NCBI RefSeq assembly: GCF_000002865.3
Contig: NW_001865079.1
Span: 143,858-207,857 of the forward strand
Reading direction: 5' to 3'
Origin: Monosiga brevicollis MX1
Lineage: Eukaryota
DNA: 64,000 nucleotides
Positions within the stretch are counted from its first letter, which is position 1, and every line of letters starts with the position of its first letter. Shown in pieces: positions 13,761-26,526 of this stretch. A program made the position numbers and the translations under genes. The notes beneath the pieces were generated by a model that saw only the letters and a list, made by a program, of their open reading frames with translations, ran no database searches and was not told the DNA's origin.

Positions 13761-13963
13761 ACAAAAGTTGCTGTTAACAGACGGTTGCTTAATGATGTTT
13801 GTGATCCAAATGACAATGACTGAATTCACAAATTGATGTGCCACAGCTGTTTGTGTGTGTGTTGCTTCGGGTAGGGGGGCCATGTGAAACTGCAACAGGA
13901 GCCCTCGCGTGTTTTTTGCAAGGGTTAGCCTGGGGCAGTGGCGCGGAAGAGAGGCCCTAGCCT

Positions 13964-16900
13964 CTACTGTCGGCGTACAAAGATGGCGTGCGAGTTCCAG
14001 TTCCAGACATTATCGTTACTGGATCCCCAGTTGTGAGCATTGATGGCGTAGACATCGTCCCCCGAGGCAACCCCAGCGTAGCTAGAGAAGAGAGGCAAAG
14101 GCACAACAGTCAGGTCAGCGCATGGTTTTTAACCAGCTCACCACGCTACGTGAAAAGAGCAGGGCGTTGAACATACCCAGCGCCGACGCCGCCGCTTGTG
14201 ACACAGTTCGTGGTTGAATGGGGCTGTAAGACACCCCAGCCCACGACGGCACCAGCGTAGCCTGAATAGAGGTTCCCGCAACCTGCAATGGCTGTGTAAG
14301 AGGTGGTCTGATCGGGTACAAACATGCCAAATTTAGTGTTGGCACACTCCACGTAGTAGCCGTTGTTAATCGAGGTGCTATCCAGGTTTGCAATGCCACC
14401 AAAGAGCTTGGCACCATTGGTGACGGCCTCACACTTGTAAATCACGCTGTGCAGCGAATCATACTGCGTTGGATGACGCCAGCCAAGATTCTTGCTCGGG
14501 TCGTTGACCGACCGAATCATCACATCCGAAAAAGGCACACCGACATAAGCTGGGCCCAGCGCATTGATGTCAGCCATGGTTTCCGTGCTCCCCACCAGGC
14601 TGGCATGACGCCAGGCATCCCAATTTTTGCTGTTGAGCGTGGCGTCGTTGCCCTTGACAATGGCCACCAGCGTCCAACCGCCGGACTCAGTCGTCTGCGC
14701 CACATTGTAACGTTATCTTAATGCCAAGGCTCAACAAGTGCCATCGCAGGTTGAAGCGGAACGTACCATGTCGCAGTAAACCTTGCTAGAGAACAGTGAG
14801 TCTTGGGCCCGGTTGAACAGCCAGTAGCTGCCGGAGGTGGTCTGTCCAAACAGCTGCTGGGCACTCCGGCAATCGGAAGCCGCAGCCAGCTCACTGGAAC
14901 CATCTCCACCCATGTCCGTCACGCTGCCTTGAGTAAACTCGCACCAAACCTAGGTCGGACCCGAGGTCATCGTGAAGGACATCGTGTCAGTTATTCTAAC
15001 CATGAGTTCTTCGATAATGACAATCAGCGCCGCAGCAGTTGATGTTCTCTCACCTGCACCGGCGTGGCTGCCAGTGTCCGACGTAGCCAATATTTACCGG
15101 ACGTGGTTGCTTGAAACTCAAAAGCCAGCTGCTCGCACGAAAGACCAGCCATCGCTGCGGTGCTTCCGTTGCCGGCGTTCCAAAAAGCTGATATGGATAC
15201 ACGATCTGGCAAGTGGCGAACCCAAGCACCGTGGGCCTTGAAATTGGCCACTTTGGCGTTACCAGCGCCCCACCAGTGTGCGTTGATGGCGTACAAATGA
15301 GTACCGGAAGAGACGTCTACATACCCGCCTAGCAAAGAGCCGAAGGAGTTGTTGAGATAAATGCTTGTTACAAAGTGATTGAGCAATGGCTGTGTAAAAC
15401 CGAGAGAGCGTCGCACGCAAAACAGCACGAGCTAGGCGGTTCTGCAACGAGCAAGATATGACCCAACGCGCAATACGACAAAGAGGGGAACACAACATCA
15501 AATGCCAGCCTGTATCACTGACCAAACATGCCAAAGTTTGTCAGACAATGAACGCGGATTCCATCATCCGAACCATAGTTCCGAGTACCGTTAACAACTA
15601 TGCCATATCCAAATACACCAAGGGCATGGTTGCGATTGGCACCGCTGCATCCAAAACGGGTATACGAACTTGTTCCCGTCGTGTCTGGTACCAAGAAGCC
15701 GTAGCGCCGTTCAGCTACCGCGCTACACATGCGCATGCGAGTGATGAAATCACCGTCGCCGCTTCCCCAGTACTCCAAATCAGTGGGTGAGCCTGCAAGC
15801 AGGATCCCGTTGTCGCGGTAACGGCACTCGTTCACAATGACCTGGGTAGATGGTTCAGTGCTGGGCATGTGATAGGCGAACAATCGTGTTGGCATGGCAA
15901 GAGAGCGAATCATCACGTCTTCCACTTCCGCCGAGTAGTAGCCGGTTCCCAAGCCGTTTGCGTCTGCGGTATCGAAAATTTGATTCAAGTACACGCCATA
16001 CTTGAGGTTGCGCCAGTTGCGTGAGTTGAGGGTACTGCTGAGTGCGCCTGATTTGGCCGTCAACTCCCAACCACCACCAAGCGACTTTTGATCGCAAAAC
16101 ACTTCGCGAGCTTCGTTGTACTTTGTATCCCACACCCAAGCACTGGTACTCTTGAGGGCGGCATGGGGAAAGAACATCTTGATGTGGCTGCAGCTGCGTG
16201 ACCAGCGCTTGGCAGTGGTACCGTCCGAGCCCAAGCTGACTCCGGCGGCAGACATGTCACACCACACTGGCATTGCTTGCCCGGGTCCAGGTGTCTCATC
16301 TGCTCAGGCGTCGTCCGGGAATGAGAAGATCCAAGATTCACAAACAAACAACCGAACAAACCAGCAATCTACCCCTGAGCAAATTTAGGTCCAAACAATG
16401 GAAAAAGAACAGGCACTCACCAGCAAAGATCCATCGCAGGCCCGAGTCGGAAACACCAAAGCGCTCCTTGATAGTCTGGCACGACAAGCCAGCCCGAATC
16501 TTGCTTGAGCCGTCCCCGCCCCAACTCACGGGCGCGTGGTCACGCAAAAAAACACCGTGAGAATTCCACACATTTGTTTGAGTGTTGCCGGCACCCCACC
16601 TAAACCGCACAAACACCGCCAAACAGCATGGAAGTGAGCGCTTTCGCTACGGCTCCAGCAGATCAAGGGTTGATTTTGCCTCGGGTTCACCACGCAAAAC
16701 AAGCATATTCAAACATACCAGTGAGCATTGAGGGCATAGGTATCATCCCCGCCCGAGTTGGGCCTCAGGATGTAGCCCGAACCGACGCCAAAATTAGTGA
16801 CACACTGTTGGTACCAGGAACAGAGATCAGATAACATGGCGCAATAGCTGGACAGCAATCGCAATACAAAAAGCGAGGCGTGATTGTGAGCAAACCTCAA

Positions 16901-19900
16901 AAATGATATCACGTTGAGTATCCGTATTTTGCACGGTGGGTCCAAGAGAGGCCGGGATAGCAGCTCCAACTACACCAAGTGAATGCCCGGTGACAATTGG
17001 GGAGCAACCCAGGTAGCCCGAATACTACAGGCAGAATGGCATGATACGATTTCAACATGCACGCGGCATAAACGTATTTGCAGCTGGCAGCGGTACGGGA
17101 TGCAGACGACGCAGCTCAACTCCAGACTTACAGTATAACCGGTGCTATCGCCGAGCAGCATGCCATATTTGAGTCGAGTGCAGCCCCGGTAGTAGTTGTT
17201 GCCGTAAGGGGCACCTGATCAAAACAGCAACAAAACAGCAGCATGGCATACCAGGACAGTGAGCACCCAACTCAAGTCGAGTGTCGCCCTTATTGCAGCC
17301 GCTGCGTATCCAAGGACCGGCACGGTGGTGACTTATTGCGACACTGACCTGGGTAGTCGAGATTATGCACAGCACCAAACAGTAGCTGGCCGTCATCGAC
17401 GGGATTACAGGCTCGAACAACGCTCCTCAAATTAGCATGTTGGGTGGGGTGGCGCCAGCCCATGTTGCGATCCGGAGCGGTCAGCGAGCGCACCATGACT
17501 AAAAAAGACCACAGGGCATGAATAGAATGGTTTCGGAAGGCCATTCTATCGAAACGTATAGAAAGGACGAGACGCTGAGGTGCGCATTGTCCTGGTTGGT
17601 GCCTTGCAAGTATCAGACTCACCGTCAGTGAACGGCGTGGTGCTATAAGCAGGGCCAAGCGCATTTTCGTCGCTCAAGCTAGTAGTGGATCCAATCTCGT
17701 CGCCATCGCGCCATCTGAGAAAGTTGAAACGAAGAAGAAAAAAAAAAAAAAATACCAGATTTGGCTAGGTGAATGCCCAAGCTCAAAACAGACAATCGCA
17801 ACGCTCCTTCCACGCGGAAACCGTGACTTGATTTACGTACTGGGCAGTGTTGAGGCCGTTCATGACTGCGTCCTGGCCCTTGACCTTGGCCACCAGCGTC
17901 CAGCCGCCGCCTGATTTTGATGAGCAAGCGAGACCTCACGTGAACATGTCACGCTTCATTCCAAATGCAAAAACAAGCCGGCGTGACGTACCTTCCGTCT
18001 CCATGTCGCAATAGACTTGGGCGGGCAGGGCATTTTCAGCTTCGATCCAGTAGACACCACTGATATGAGGCGCGCGCTCTGGAAAATACTGCAGGATCGA
18101 ACTGCAGGACACGGCCGGCGAAGAGGAGCTCGAGCCCGAGCCAGTGAATTGGCCATCAAAGACGCAATACTCCTGGACTTTGGTGTTCGTGGCATCAGCT
18201 GCCAACCATATCCAGTGTGAGACATTTGAACGTGTACCACAACAGAATTGACTGCCGTCAACAAAAGAGGGGAGAGCCAGTGGGCAGTACGCACTCGGGT
18301 CAAGATTGAGGCCTGCGTTGATCCAATAAAGCCCACGCTCGGTGTGGGTGCGTTCAAAGAAGCGCTGCAGCATGCCACAGCTCACGGCGGGCGCGTGAAC
18401 GCTGCCGTCACCACCGGCAGAAAAGCGCGAAGCAGATTGGATGCAGTATTCCTGGTGAAGCACTTCGCCCTCACGCTGAATCCAATAGAGGCCATCTGTG
18501 GTGGCGGCCACGTGCTCGCACCCGGCCGCGGGCAAGCTCGGAGTTGTACCGCCTACGCAATTGATTTTGAAGTGAGAGGTGAGTGCAACGACGACAAGGA
18601 AGACTCGCCGCCAAAAGCGGGTGAAAACGAGCCGAGGCATAAGTTGCGACAACAAAAATGCTTGTGCCATCGCAATAAACAGAGCAAGCAACCCCTTCAC
18701 AGAATGGCCAATATTCGACGCCCATTCGAACGTACGTTGGATGCTTTCAGCAAAAGTCAAAGGCTGAAATTGCGTGCCGTCGCAATAAAGCAAAACTTGA
18801 TCTGTTGAGTCAATCTTCAACAAACCGACGTTGGTGCCATCGCAGGTACCACTGTCGACTGCCACCTCGGCCCCGCCAACGCAGTCCTCAATGTCCGGAT
18901 TATAGACCTGACCGTGCACCGCACGCATCCACGAATGAGCATGGGAAAGGGCTACGCAATAAGGAGACGTCTACAAGCGAGCGGGAGCGCGTGTTGCGCA
19001 CACCTTGCCAAGCCGATTGCAGATGCGCATCGCGGCCATTTGGTCCTCAACAGTCGTCAAGCGTAGATTTTGCACGGCTGAGCTGTTGACCACGGCCCCC
19101 AAATCCTCATCGACCCGGGCCAATTCTGAAAGGCATGACGAGCAAGCAGGCGCGCCGCCCTAGAGATGAGAATACCACTTTAGAGGCCTACAATTTGCGC
19201 TTGCAAACCTACCTGAGAGAAGAAAGACAAGTGACTCGTTGTGGGCAACGTCCTGGTCTGCCGCATCCGACATGTTGGTGGCCAGGAGCGCCAACAATGA
19301 TCCAATCTCCTCATCGAGGCGGCCGTCCACACCTTCCGCCAGTGCTGCAACTGAGGCAACCTGTTCGCGGAGGCTGCTGTTAACTGCCTCAACCTCGATG
19401 GCCCATTTGGTATCAAGCCCCTGCAGCTTGGTTTCGAGCGACTCGCCCTATGTAGTTGAGCGTCGGCAATACGCGCGGTAATTTGTAAGGAGCAGTCGGT
19501 ATCTTCTGTTGCGAGCAAGAAAAAAAAAAAGGCGGGGGGGGGGAGAGGCAGAGGCAGCAGCAGCGGCAGAGGCAGAGGCAAAAGCAAAAGAGCCTGATCA
19601 AGCATGATTGGGCCGCTTGCACACGACCAACCATGGTCACGCGAGCGGTGTTGGATGCCAAAATGTCGTCATAGAGACCGTCTTGCGCTTCCTCTGTGGT
19701 CTGCAAGCGTGTGTTGACCTGCATGGAAAGAGGAATGGGTGAAAAGGAGCAAGGTAGAGCGGCATTGTACTTTTGCCGTCGTCTCATGCCTTGTCACAAA
19801 CTCACGCTGGCTTCAATGTTCAGGACGGCATCTTGCGTGGCGGCACCCAGACCCGAGCGAAGCTCCACCTTGGAACTTCCTTGCTGCAAATAAAACTTGT

Positions 19901-21053
19901 GGGCCTGGTCGACTGTGATATTCCCAAACAGCCGGCAGCATCCACCGTGTCAGCGACTGAGCAACTGGGCGATGAGAAGAGCAATCAATACAAAGACAAG
20001 TTGGTGGGTGCGGCTGGGCTGGGCTGGGCTGGGCTGTCGCCCCTGCTGGCGTGCGTACCGTTGAAAACCATATCTCCGTCATCCACCTCAATCATGGGGC
20101 CTGGGCACTCGGCAAGGTTGCACTCGCGAGTTTGCATCAAGCCGGGGCAATTGGGTCCATTCTAAGCCCCCATTGATCAAAGGAGGACAGCGGTCGGGTG
20201 AGTGAAACAAGTGGTTGATGGCACATGGCTCTTTGACTTGAAATGCGGTGCGCAAGTGCCGGGTAGGGGGTGTGAATACGGTCGCGGGCAAGGCGTGGCG
20301 CGGACCTTGATCACCACGCGGGAGCGTGTTTGCGTGCCGTTACCGCAAGTGCGGGTGCAATCGGACCACTCTGTCCAAGCGCTTACAGTGCAGTCTGGGA
20401 CACGAGCCGAAAATGAGTCAAAAGCACGACGAGAGGAGAGAGCACGCAGGCCGAATATGAGATGCGTGTGCGGACGCAGTCGTGGGCATGTGGAGGACGG
20501 AGAACCGTACCACACAGCGACACATCACTGCACAACTCGGACTCGGAAGGCGGGAGGTTGCAGGTGGGGGGCGTCTCCGGGGGCAAATAACGGGAACGAA
20601 CGCAAGCACCCGTCTATAGCCACAGGGCATGTGCGTGAGCTTTGAGTGAGTGCCTGCTTGATGAATGGTTGTGTGTGTGTGTGTGACGACGCATGTCAAG
20701 ATGTGGTCTGTGAACGTGTGGGCCGAAACATGGTTGTGGACCCCGCAAGGCTTTGCGCGACCCGCGGCTCCCCAGGCGAAGCGGGGCAGAAGAAGGGGGC
20801 GTTTTGCTCGATGATGAGGCAAGGGAAGATCAAAGCCAAGATTTACCGCATTCATGGCACAGGCTTGCCAGTCTTCATAGGCACAGTCTAGAAGAAAGAA
20901 AGACAGAAAGGAGAGAACAGAAGCGCCAAGCGTGAGCCGGTGGCAGTCCTTGGCACCGGGTGCAAGGCGTTGAGGTGGGCGGATCCTACCGGCCGCCGCG
21001 CCACTCGCGAGCAACAGCAGCGCCAGAGCCCAAACACAGCCGCGAAACGCCAT
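13964..21053 (-). CDS. Large secreted multidomain protein: signal peptide, TSP1 repeat, coiled-coil stalk, several short fibrinogen-N-like (SC..I...SG.YWI...YC) units and three long YCDM-GGW modules
   Basis: Signal peptide MAFRGCVWALALLLLASGAAA at 21053; TSP1 motif DCTVSAWTEWSDCTRTCGNGTQTRSR at about 20300-20397; VYCDMETEG/GGWTLVAKV, FCDQKSLGGGWEL and VYCDM...SGGWTLV. The last exon ends YAINAHNWGSSNDNVWNWNSHAIFVRRQ-TAG (13964). Internal exon boundaries are only partly resolved. Confidence 0.7.
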
Positions 21054-21414
21054 GGCGTCGGGTAAGCGCCTACAACCAACCCCCCGCCACCGCCGCAACA
21101 TGCACGAGCCATCAGATTCAACCCCACCGCCACACGCACACACACACACCCGATCCGATCACATGACGAGCGCGCCCTGTGCATATTCCCAAACAACCCT
21201 GGCCATCATTTCAGACACATCAACACCGCGCATCGCTCCACACACACACACACACACACACAGAGGCGTGCGCGCACGATAAATGCTATCCCTCACATCC
21301 CACACACACACGCGGGCACACACAGAGAGAGAGTGAGAGTGAGTGAGGGAGAGGGAGAGAGCTCGCATCCCACCTCACGGCTGCCATTTGCAGGTGCATC
21401 TCAAACTCTCTCTC

Positions 21415-21587
21415 TCAAACTCTCAAACACACACACTCTCTCTCTCTCTCTCTCTCTTCATCTCTCTCTCTCTTCATCTCTCTCTCACTTGATCTCTCTC
21501 TCTCTTCATCTCTCNNNNNNNNNNNNNNNNNNNNNNNNNNNNNNNNNNNNNNNNNNNNNNNNNNCTCTCTCTCTCTCTCTCTTTTCA

Positions 21588-21624
<37 letters not shown>

Positions 21625-21625
21625 C
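21415..21625. repeat. (CT)n-rich microsatellite flanking a 50-N gap
   Basis: Seen directly. Confidence 0.85.
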
Positions 21626-22246
21626 ACAGGGTTTTGGTCTCGGAGTCACCTCTCACCAGCAAAGGAGGAAAATAATTGACACACTCATCTCCCATCACCC
21701 ACAAGGATGGATGTACGAACTGTCCTTGTAAGGGTTTGGATATTATTCATAAGGGTGCGTATCGGCATGGGCTGGTTTTTGTCCACCTGCTTATTCGAAT
21801 ATCGAAATCCCACAAGTTTTTGTCCAACTTCTTAACAGGCCGTGGGTGCTAGAGACCAACCCGCTCAAAGTCGTCACACCCACATGGATGTCAGACATTT
21901 GTTCTGTTACCAACTGTCAGTTTTATCTACGGTTGGTAATGGCGGCCCTCGTCGGGTGCCAGCCCGCGTGTCTGGGTCAAAGCCATCGGCGGCGGCGGCG
22001 GCGGCGGCGGTGCCCTCGTGCTCGAGTCAATGGCTCCTGCATGTCCCTCTCGCTTGTCCGCTGCCTTGTCTGCTCTTGATGCTGTCCCTCTGTCTCTCTG
22101 TCTGTCTTTTTGTGCTCCAATTGGAAGGGGGGGGTCAAAATGTTTGAATGTTTGCTTCATCACCCTCACTATGTGATGCCGCTGCTTCATCGACCACCAG
22201 GCCAAACCCCCCCTACCCCGATTTTCCCCCAGCACAGCCCGACGCC

Positions 22247-23151
22247 ATGGCTTCCACCGTCTTGTTCGAGGACGTCTTTACCGTCCGCGATAAGGTACGC
22301 GTGCCCCCCGTGCCTTTTTGCTTCCTCCGACAAAACTCTCACCGCAAATGCACCTGTCTCCGACCTTTTGCGATGCAGGATCCCCATGGCAAGCGCTTCG
22401 ACCGGTAAGCTTTTGACCGAGCTGGCATCATGTCTGCGGGTGCTCCCGCCCCGACATACGCCCAAACCGGTACTCTGCACAATCCCCGTAATCTTACCAA
22501 CTTTTTGCCCATCATCACCAGCGTCTCCCGCGTCATCTGCGAGGGTATGAGCTTCAACATTGAGCTGATCCTGGACCTCAACACTCAGCTATACCCCGTC
22601 GACCTGAACGACCGCTTTACTCTCTGCCTCGCCTCTACCCTGAGCATGGACGATGAGCCCGACGATGGCTACTACAACCAGGTCCGAGCAACACACATTC
22701 AAAGCCCGATCTGTTGAATTCCTCGTCCCCCCTCCCCCTTTCGACCCCATTGTGTTCTGTTGTGTTGACTTGGCCCTCACGTCTGCAATCTTGGTTCTTT
22801 TGTGTGCTCAACGCCAGAACCGCAACGCCAGCCGAGCTGACAACTTTGACTATGTCATGCACGGCACCATTTATCGCATTGAGGACACGGACAACGGCCA
22901 GCAGCTGTACGTGGAGTCTTCCGCCTCAGTATCGATCTGCATGCTCCCTCCCTGCCTCGCCCCTTGTTTCCTCGCCTTGCAGGCACAATGCCGCTGAATT
23001 GCCTTCTCACGCTCTTCAACTCGCAATCAGGGCCATCTACATTTCCTTTGGTGGGCTTTTGATGCGACTCAAGGGTGATACCTCAACGCTGAACAAACCT
23101 GGATTGGATCTTGACACGCAGCACTACCTCTTGATCCGCCGCGCGCAATAA
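22247..23151 (+). CDS. POLR2H: RNA polymerase I/II/III shared subunit RPABC3 (RPB8)
   Basis: Spliced product [51 protein letters not shown]...RADNFDYVMHGTIYRIE...IYISFGGLLMRLKGD, including the invariant GGLLM motif; 5 exons. Confidence 0.96.
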
Positions 23152-24014
23152 ACCGCCCTGTGCCATTTGACATGCCTGGCCAGAGTTCCTCTGACTCTGA
23201 TAGCGTGCCATCTACCACTAGTAGCCGGATCGAGTCTCGTGCCCAAGTGCCAGACCTGTTTCATGCACGACAGGAGCACACTGCATGGACGGCCACACAT
23301 GCCGTTTTCCACCCATTTGCTGCCATCCACTACCTCTTCCGGTCCCAAAGACCAACGCTCTGCCATTCTTTTTCTCGTTTGCAGGGCACATGCCGTTTCC
23401 GACTCGCCTGGGGCGAACGTCGGTGCAACACGGAGCCTCAACGATGACAGAGGCCTTGCATCGACGTGAGGACCAACTGCGGCCGTGATCCCATTGCAAT
23501 TGATGAAATGACCACTCTTTGTTCACGTCTCAAATTGAGCAAAAGGAAACCAAAGAAGAAGAAAAGAAGAACAAGGGAACAAACAGCGGCTCTGAGAATG
23601 TCTTCCGTCCCGCCCGATGCCCTTTGCCCCACCTCCCTGTCCCCCAGCACACCCCTCTCTCTCATTTGCCCGATTCCAATATATTTCCGAGAGGAGTCCG
23701 ATATCCTGTAAAATATAAAAACATGTGGTAACCGCTTCCGCCCACTTTTTTTGCTGCTGGTCGACCATTGCCCGAACAAACGGCAGCGCCTCGGGCCCGA
23801 GTCCGGAGGGAGAAGGGTTGACTGAGCAACACCGGTTGCTCTTGATCCAAGCGTTTATGCATGTGGGATCTTCTTGGGAATGTTATTGAGTGGGATTCTC
23901 TGCTGGCAACTCCGTCCAAACACCAAACTTTTGCCGTCCGTCTGCCCACGGGGCAGCACAGAGCCTCGAGAAGCGCCTGCGCACGCGCTGGCCATCCACG
24001 GCTGATCATCGGGC

Positions 24015-26012
24015 ATGGCGTCAACAACTTCGCCCCTGACCATCTTTGATGGATCCACAGCAGTGGACGCCGGCGATTTGACCGTCGCCATTGCGTTCAC
24101 CCTGGTCATCTCCTTTCTCTGCTTCTTTGTGCTCTTCATCCTGTGCATCAAAGTTGTCCGCCGCCAGGTCACCGTCACCACCCGGGAGGAGCAGGGCTAC
24201 GTCTTTTGGCTCCTCATTCCCATCGAGCTTTTCCTCATCGCCTTTGCCGTTGTCAGTATTCGGGACCTTCGCACCGGCCTTAATCTTGCTGATCAGGAAT
24301 ACTATGCCCTTCAGGATCTGTACGACAACGGCTCGGTGAGCTTCTGCCCGGCCAACGCCACCTTTTGCTGTGACCACATCACCAGCATGGTCCGCAACAC
24401 CAGCTACGCTGGCTGTAGCATCATCAATGACCCCGTGTGGCGCCGCAGCGACGAATGTGCCGACCATCGCCAGGGTTCCTATGAGCGCAATTGCTGTCAT
24501 TTTGCTCCTGGCATGGATGACTTGGACGGCACCTACATGTCCTGGATGTGGTTCGGCCTCGTTGCCGTCGTAGCCACCACCATGCTCGAAGTCCTGTACT
24601 TTCTCTGCGAGTTGTGTGAGCTACCTTTTACCCGCTACACCTGGATCATTCTCGTTCTCGACTCGGCTGCCATCCTTTCTGACATGTTTTGTAACCTGGT
24701 TGTCATCACCATCGGCGATAAGCTGGATGAGCAGCCGTATCACTGCTTTGAGGACAACACCCTCCAAGCCCAATACCAATCGGCCCTCGCTGCCTTTGTC
24801 AACTTGCTCTCCGACTTTAGCAGCCTCACATGGATTTTTGTGGTTATCGCCATGATTTTCACGACCTACGTGCTGTGTGTCCGATTGGGTTGGCCCGCCT
24901 TTCTTGTGCCACACCTCAAGGAGCGCCCTGCCGCTGTGGCCCGTCGTAGCAAGAAGGAACAGAAGGGAAAGAGCCAACCCACTTCTGCAGCCGAGGTTGG
25001 CGCCACCAGTCCTGAATCTGATCTTGAGCTCGGTCAAACCAACGGAATCAACCAGCCCCTCGATAACAGCGCAATGGGCGCCCCCACGGAGCTGGACTTG
25101 CTCTCCAGTGTCAACTCCGAACCAGCCAACCTCCAGGTTATGGAGCTTGACGACATCGGCGAACCAGAACCTGCCCTTGACACCGCCCCTGCTGACAACG
25201 AGTCCTTGCAAGAAACTGCACTCGACGTCCCTGGCCCCATGGACCCCACTGCCATGGATGTGCCGCTGCCTCCTCCAGAGAACGCTGCCTATGCCGCGCC
25301 GCAGGATGCGGTATCCGCGCAAGCAACGGACTTTTATGCCCCGCCGGTCGAGGCCAATAGCGATGATCTCTACGCCGATGCCCAGGAACTGCCCGATGCA
25401 CCCTCAGAGGCAGCGCCAGAGCTGCAGGAACAACCGGCAGAAATTCAACCGCTGCACGACGACGTGCGCGATGATGAGCATCAGCAGACAGAGCCGGCTT
25501 CGGATGTGCAGCAAGAAGAGAGTGCCCAAGAGCAAGAGGTGACATTGGCCGCAGTGCCGGCGTCAGCTTCAGACGCGACGACAACGCCAGAAGAGCCAGG
25601 AGAGCCAGGAGAGGAGGAGCAGCAACAGGCTTCGGCCTCGGCCTCGATCGTGGCAGAGCCTCACGACCCGTCTGCTCAGGATCTGAGTCAGTCTCAGCAG
25701 GATGATGGATCTGGTAAAACATCAGACTTGGCAGCCGAAGCCGAACTTGTCAGCACCAATCAAGAAGCTGAGCAGGATGATGGATCTGGTGAAACATCAG
25801 ACTTGGCAGCCGAAGCCGAACTTGTCAGCACCAATCAAGAAGCTGAGGACACAGCCAATGAGACTCCGGATAGCCCAGAGGATGGGGCACTGTCTCCCGC
25901 ACCACCTGCACCTCCTGCACCACCTGCACCTCCTGCACCACCTGCGCCTCCCGCACCTCCCGCACCAACTGCAGAAGATGTGTCGCCGGACGACACCGCA
26001 GCTGCTCCTTAG
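24015..26012 (+). CDS. Intronless 665-aa multi-pass membrane protein (about 5 TM, Cys-rich loop, long acidic Pro-rich tail); family unrecognised
   Basis: Long ORF with C-ending codon bias and five hydrophobic stretches. The loop between TM2 and TM3 carries several Cys and sequons NGS/NAT/NTS. The tail (about 350 aa) is E/D/P/A-rich. Confidence 0.8.
   Translation: MASTTSPLTIFDGSTAVDAGDLTVAIAFTLVISFLCFFVLFILCIKVVRRQVTVTTREEQGYVFWLLIPIELFLIAFAVVSIRDLRTGLNLADQEYYALQDLYDNGSVSFCPANATFCCDHITSMVRNTSYAGCSIINDPVWRRSDECADHRQGSYERNCCHFAPGMDDLDGTYMSWMWFGLVAVVATTMLEVLYFLCELCELPFTRYTWIILVLDSAAILSDMFCNLVVITIGDKLDEQPYHCFEDNTLQAQYQSALAAFVNLLSDFSSLTWIFVVIAMIFTTYVLCVRLGWPAFLVPHLKERPAAVARRSKKEQKGKSQPTSAAEVGATSPESDLELGQTNGINQPLDNSAMGAPTELDLLSSVNSEPANLQVMELDDIGEPEPALDTAPADNESLQETALDVPGPMDPTAMDVPLPPPENAAYAAPQDAVSAQATDFYAPPVEANSDDLYADAQELPDAPSEAAPELQEQPAEIQPLHDDVRDDEHQQTEPASDVQQEESAQEQEVTLAAVPASASDATTTPEEPGEPGEEEQQQASASASIVAEPHDPSAQDLSQSQQDDGSGKTSDLAAEAELVSTNQEAEQDDGSGETSDLAAEAELVSTNQEAEDTANETPDSPEDGALSPAPPAPPAPPAPPAPPAPPAPPAPTAEDVSPDDTAAAP
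25698..25847 (+). repeat. 75-bp in-frame tandem duplication (QDDGSG[K/E]TSDLAAEAELVSTNQEAE x2)
   Basis: Copies start at 25698 and 25773 and differ by one base. A 9-bp (Pro-Ala-Pro) repeat follows at about 25897-25967. Confidence 0.92.
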
Positions 26013-26526
26013 TGTAGTGTAATCTTGATGATCCCAGCTCAAAAGACCGTATGTGCGGTGCACAGCGCTCTTCATCAAGTGTGCGGTCTTTGAGTGGGAT
26101 GTCTTACCAAACCCATGCTCACCCAGCCCTATTAGGCTGGCTTTTGGGAAGTCCCGTCTTTTAGGCTTGTTGACTTACTATTTTGTTCATGCTCCCTCTC
26201 TCGCCTTTTCCTTTCCCTCTCTTTTTCTCTCTCTCTTTCTCCCTCGCTCACTGCTCTCTCATTGTTTTTGTGGTTGTTCATCTTATTCTCTCTTGTACTT
26301 ACTTTACGGAACTACAATTCACAAACACTCTGACCGGTCTGCGATGCAATCATGCTCGAGATAGCTTTGACCGCTTGTTTCTATTTCAAGCAAACTGTTA
26401 GCTTCCCAAAGCTCAGTTTGTGTAGTCGTCGCATAAACGTGCAAAGCAGACAAAGTCAGTCTGTCCATTTCAAGAGAGGCGGGAAGGAATGATCGATTGA
26501 AGCTGCGCACAGCGCTGTCCTGCCGA

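Noticed and set aside
23495..23600. Possible C/D-box snoRNA (TGATGA...CTGA)
   Set aside because: The interior is low-complexity A-rich, with no convincing terminal stem or guide sequence.
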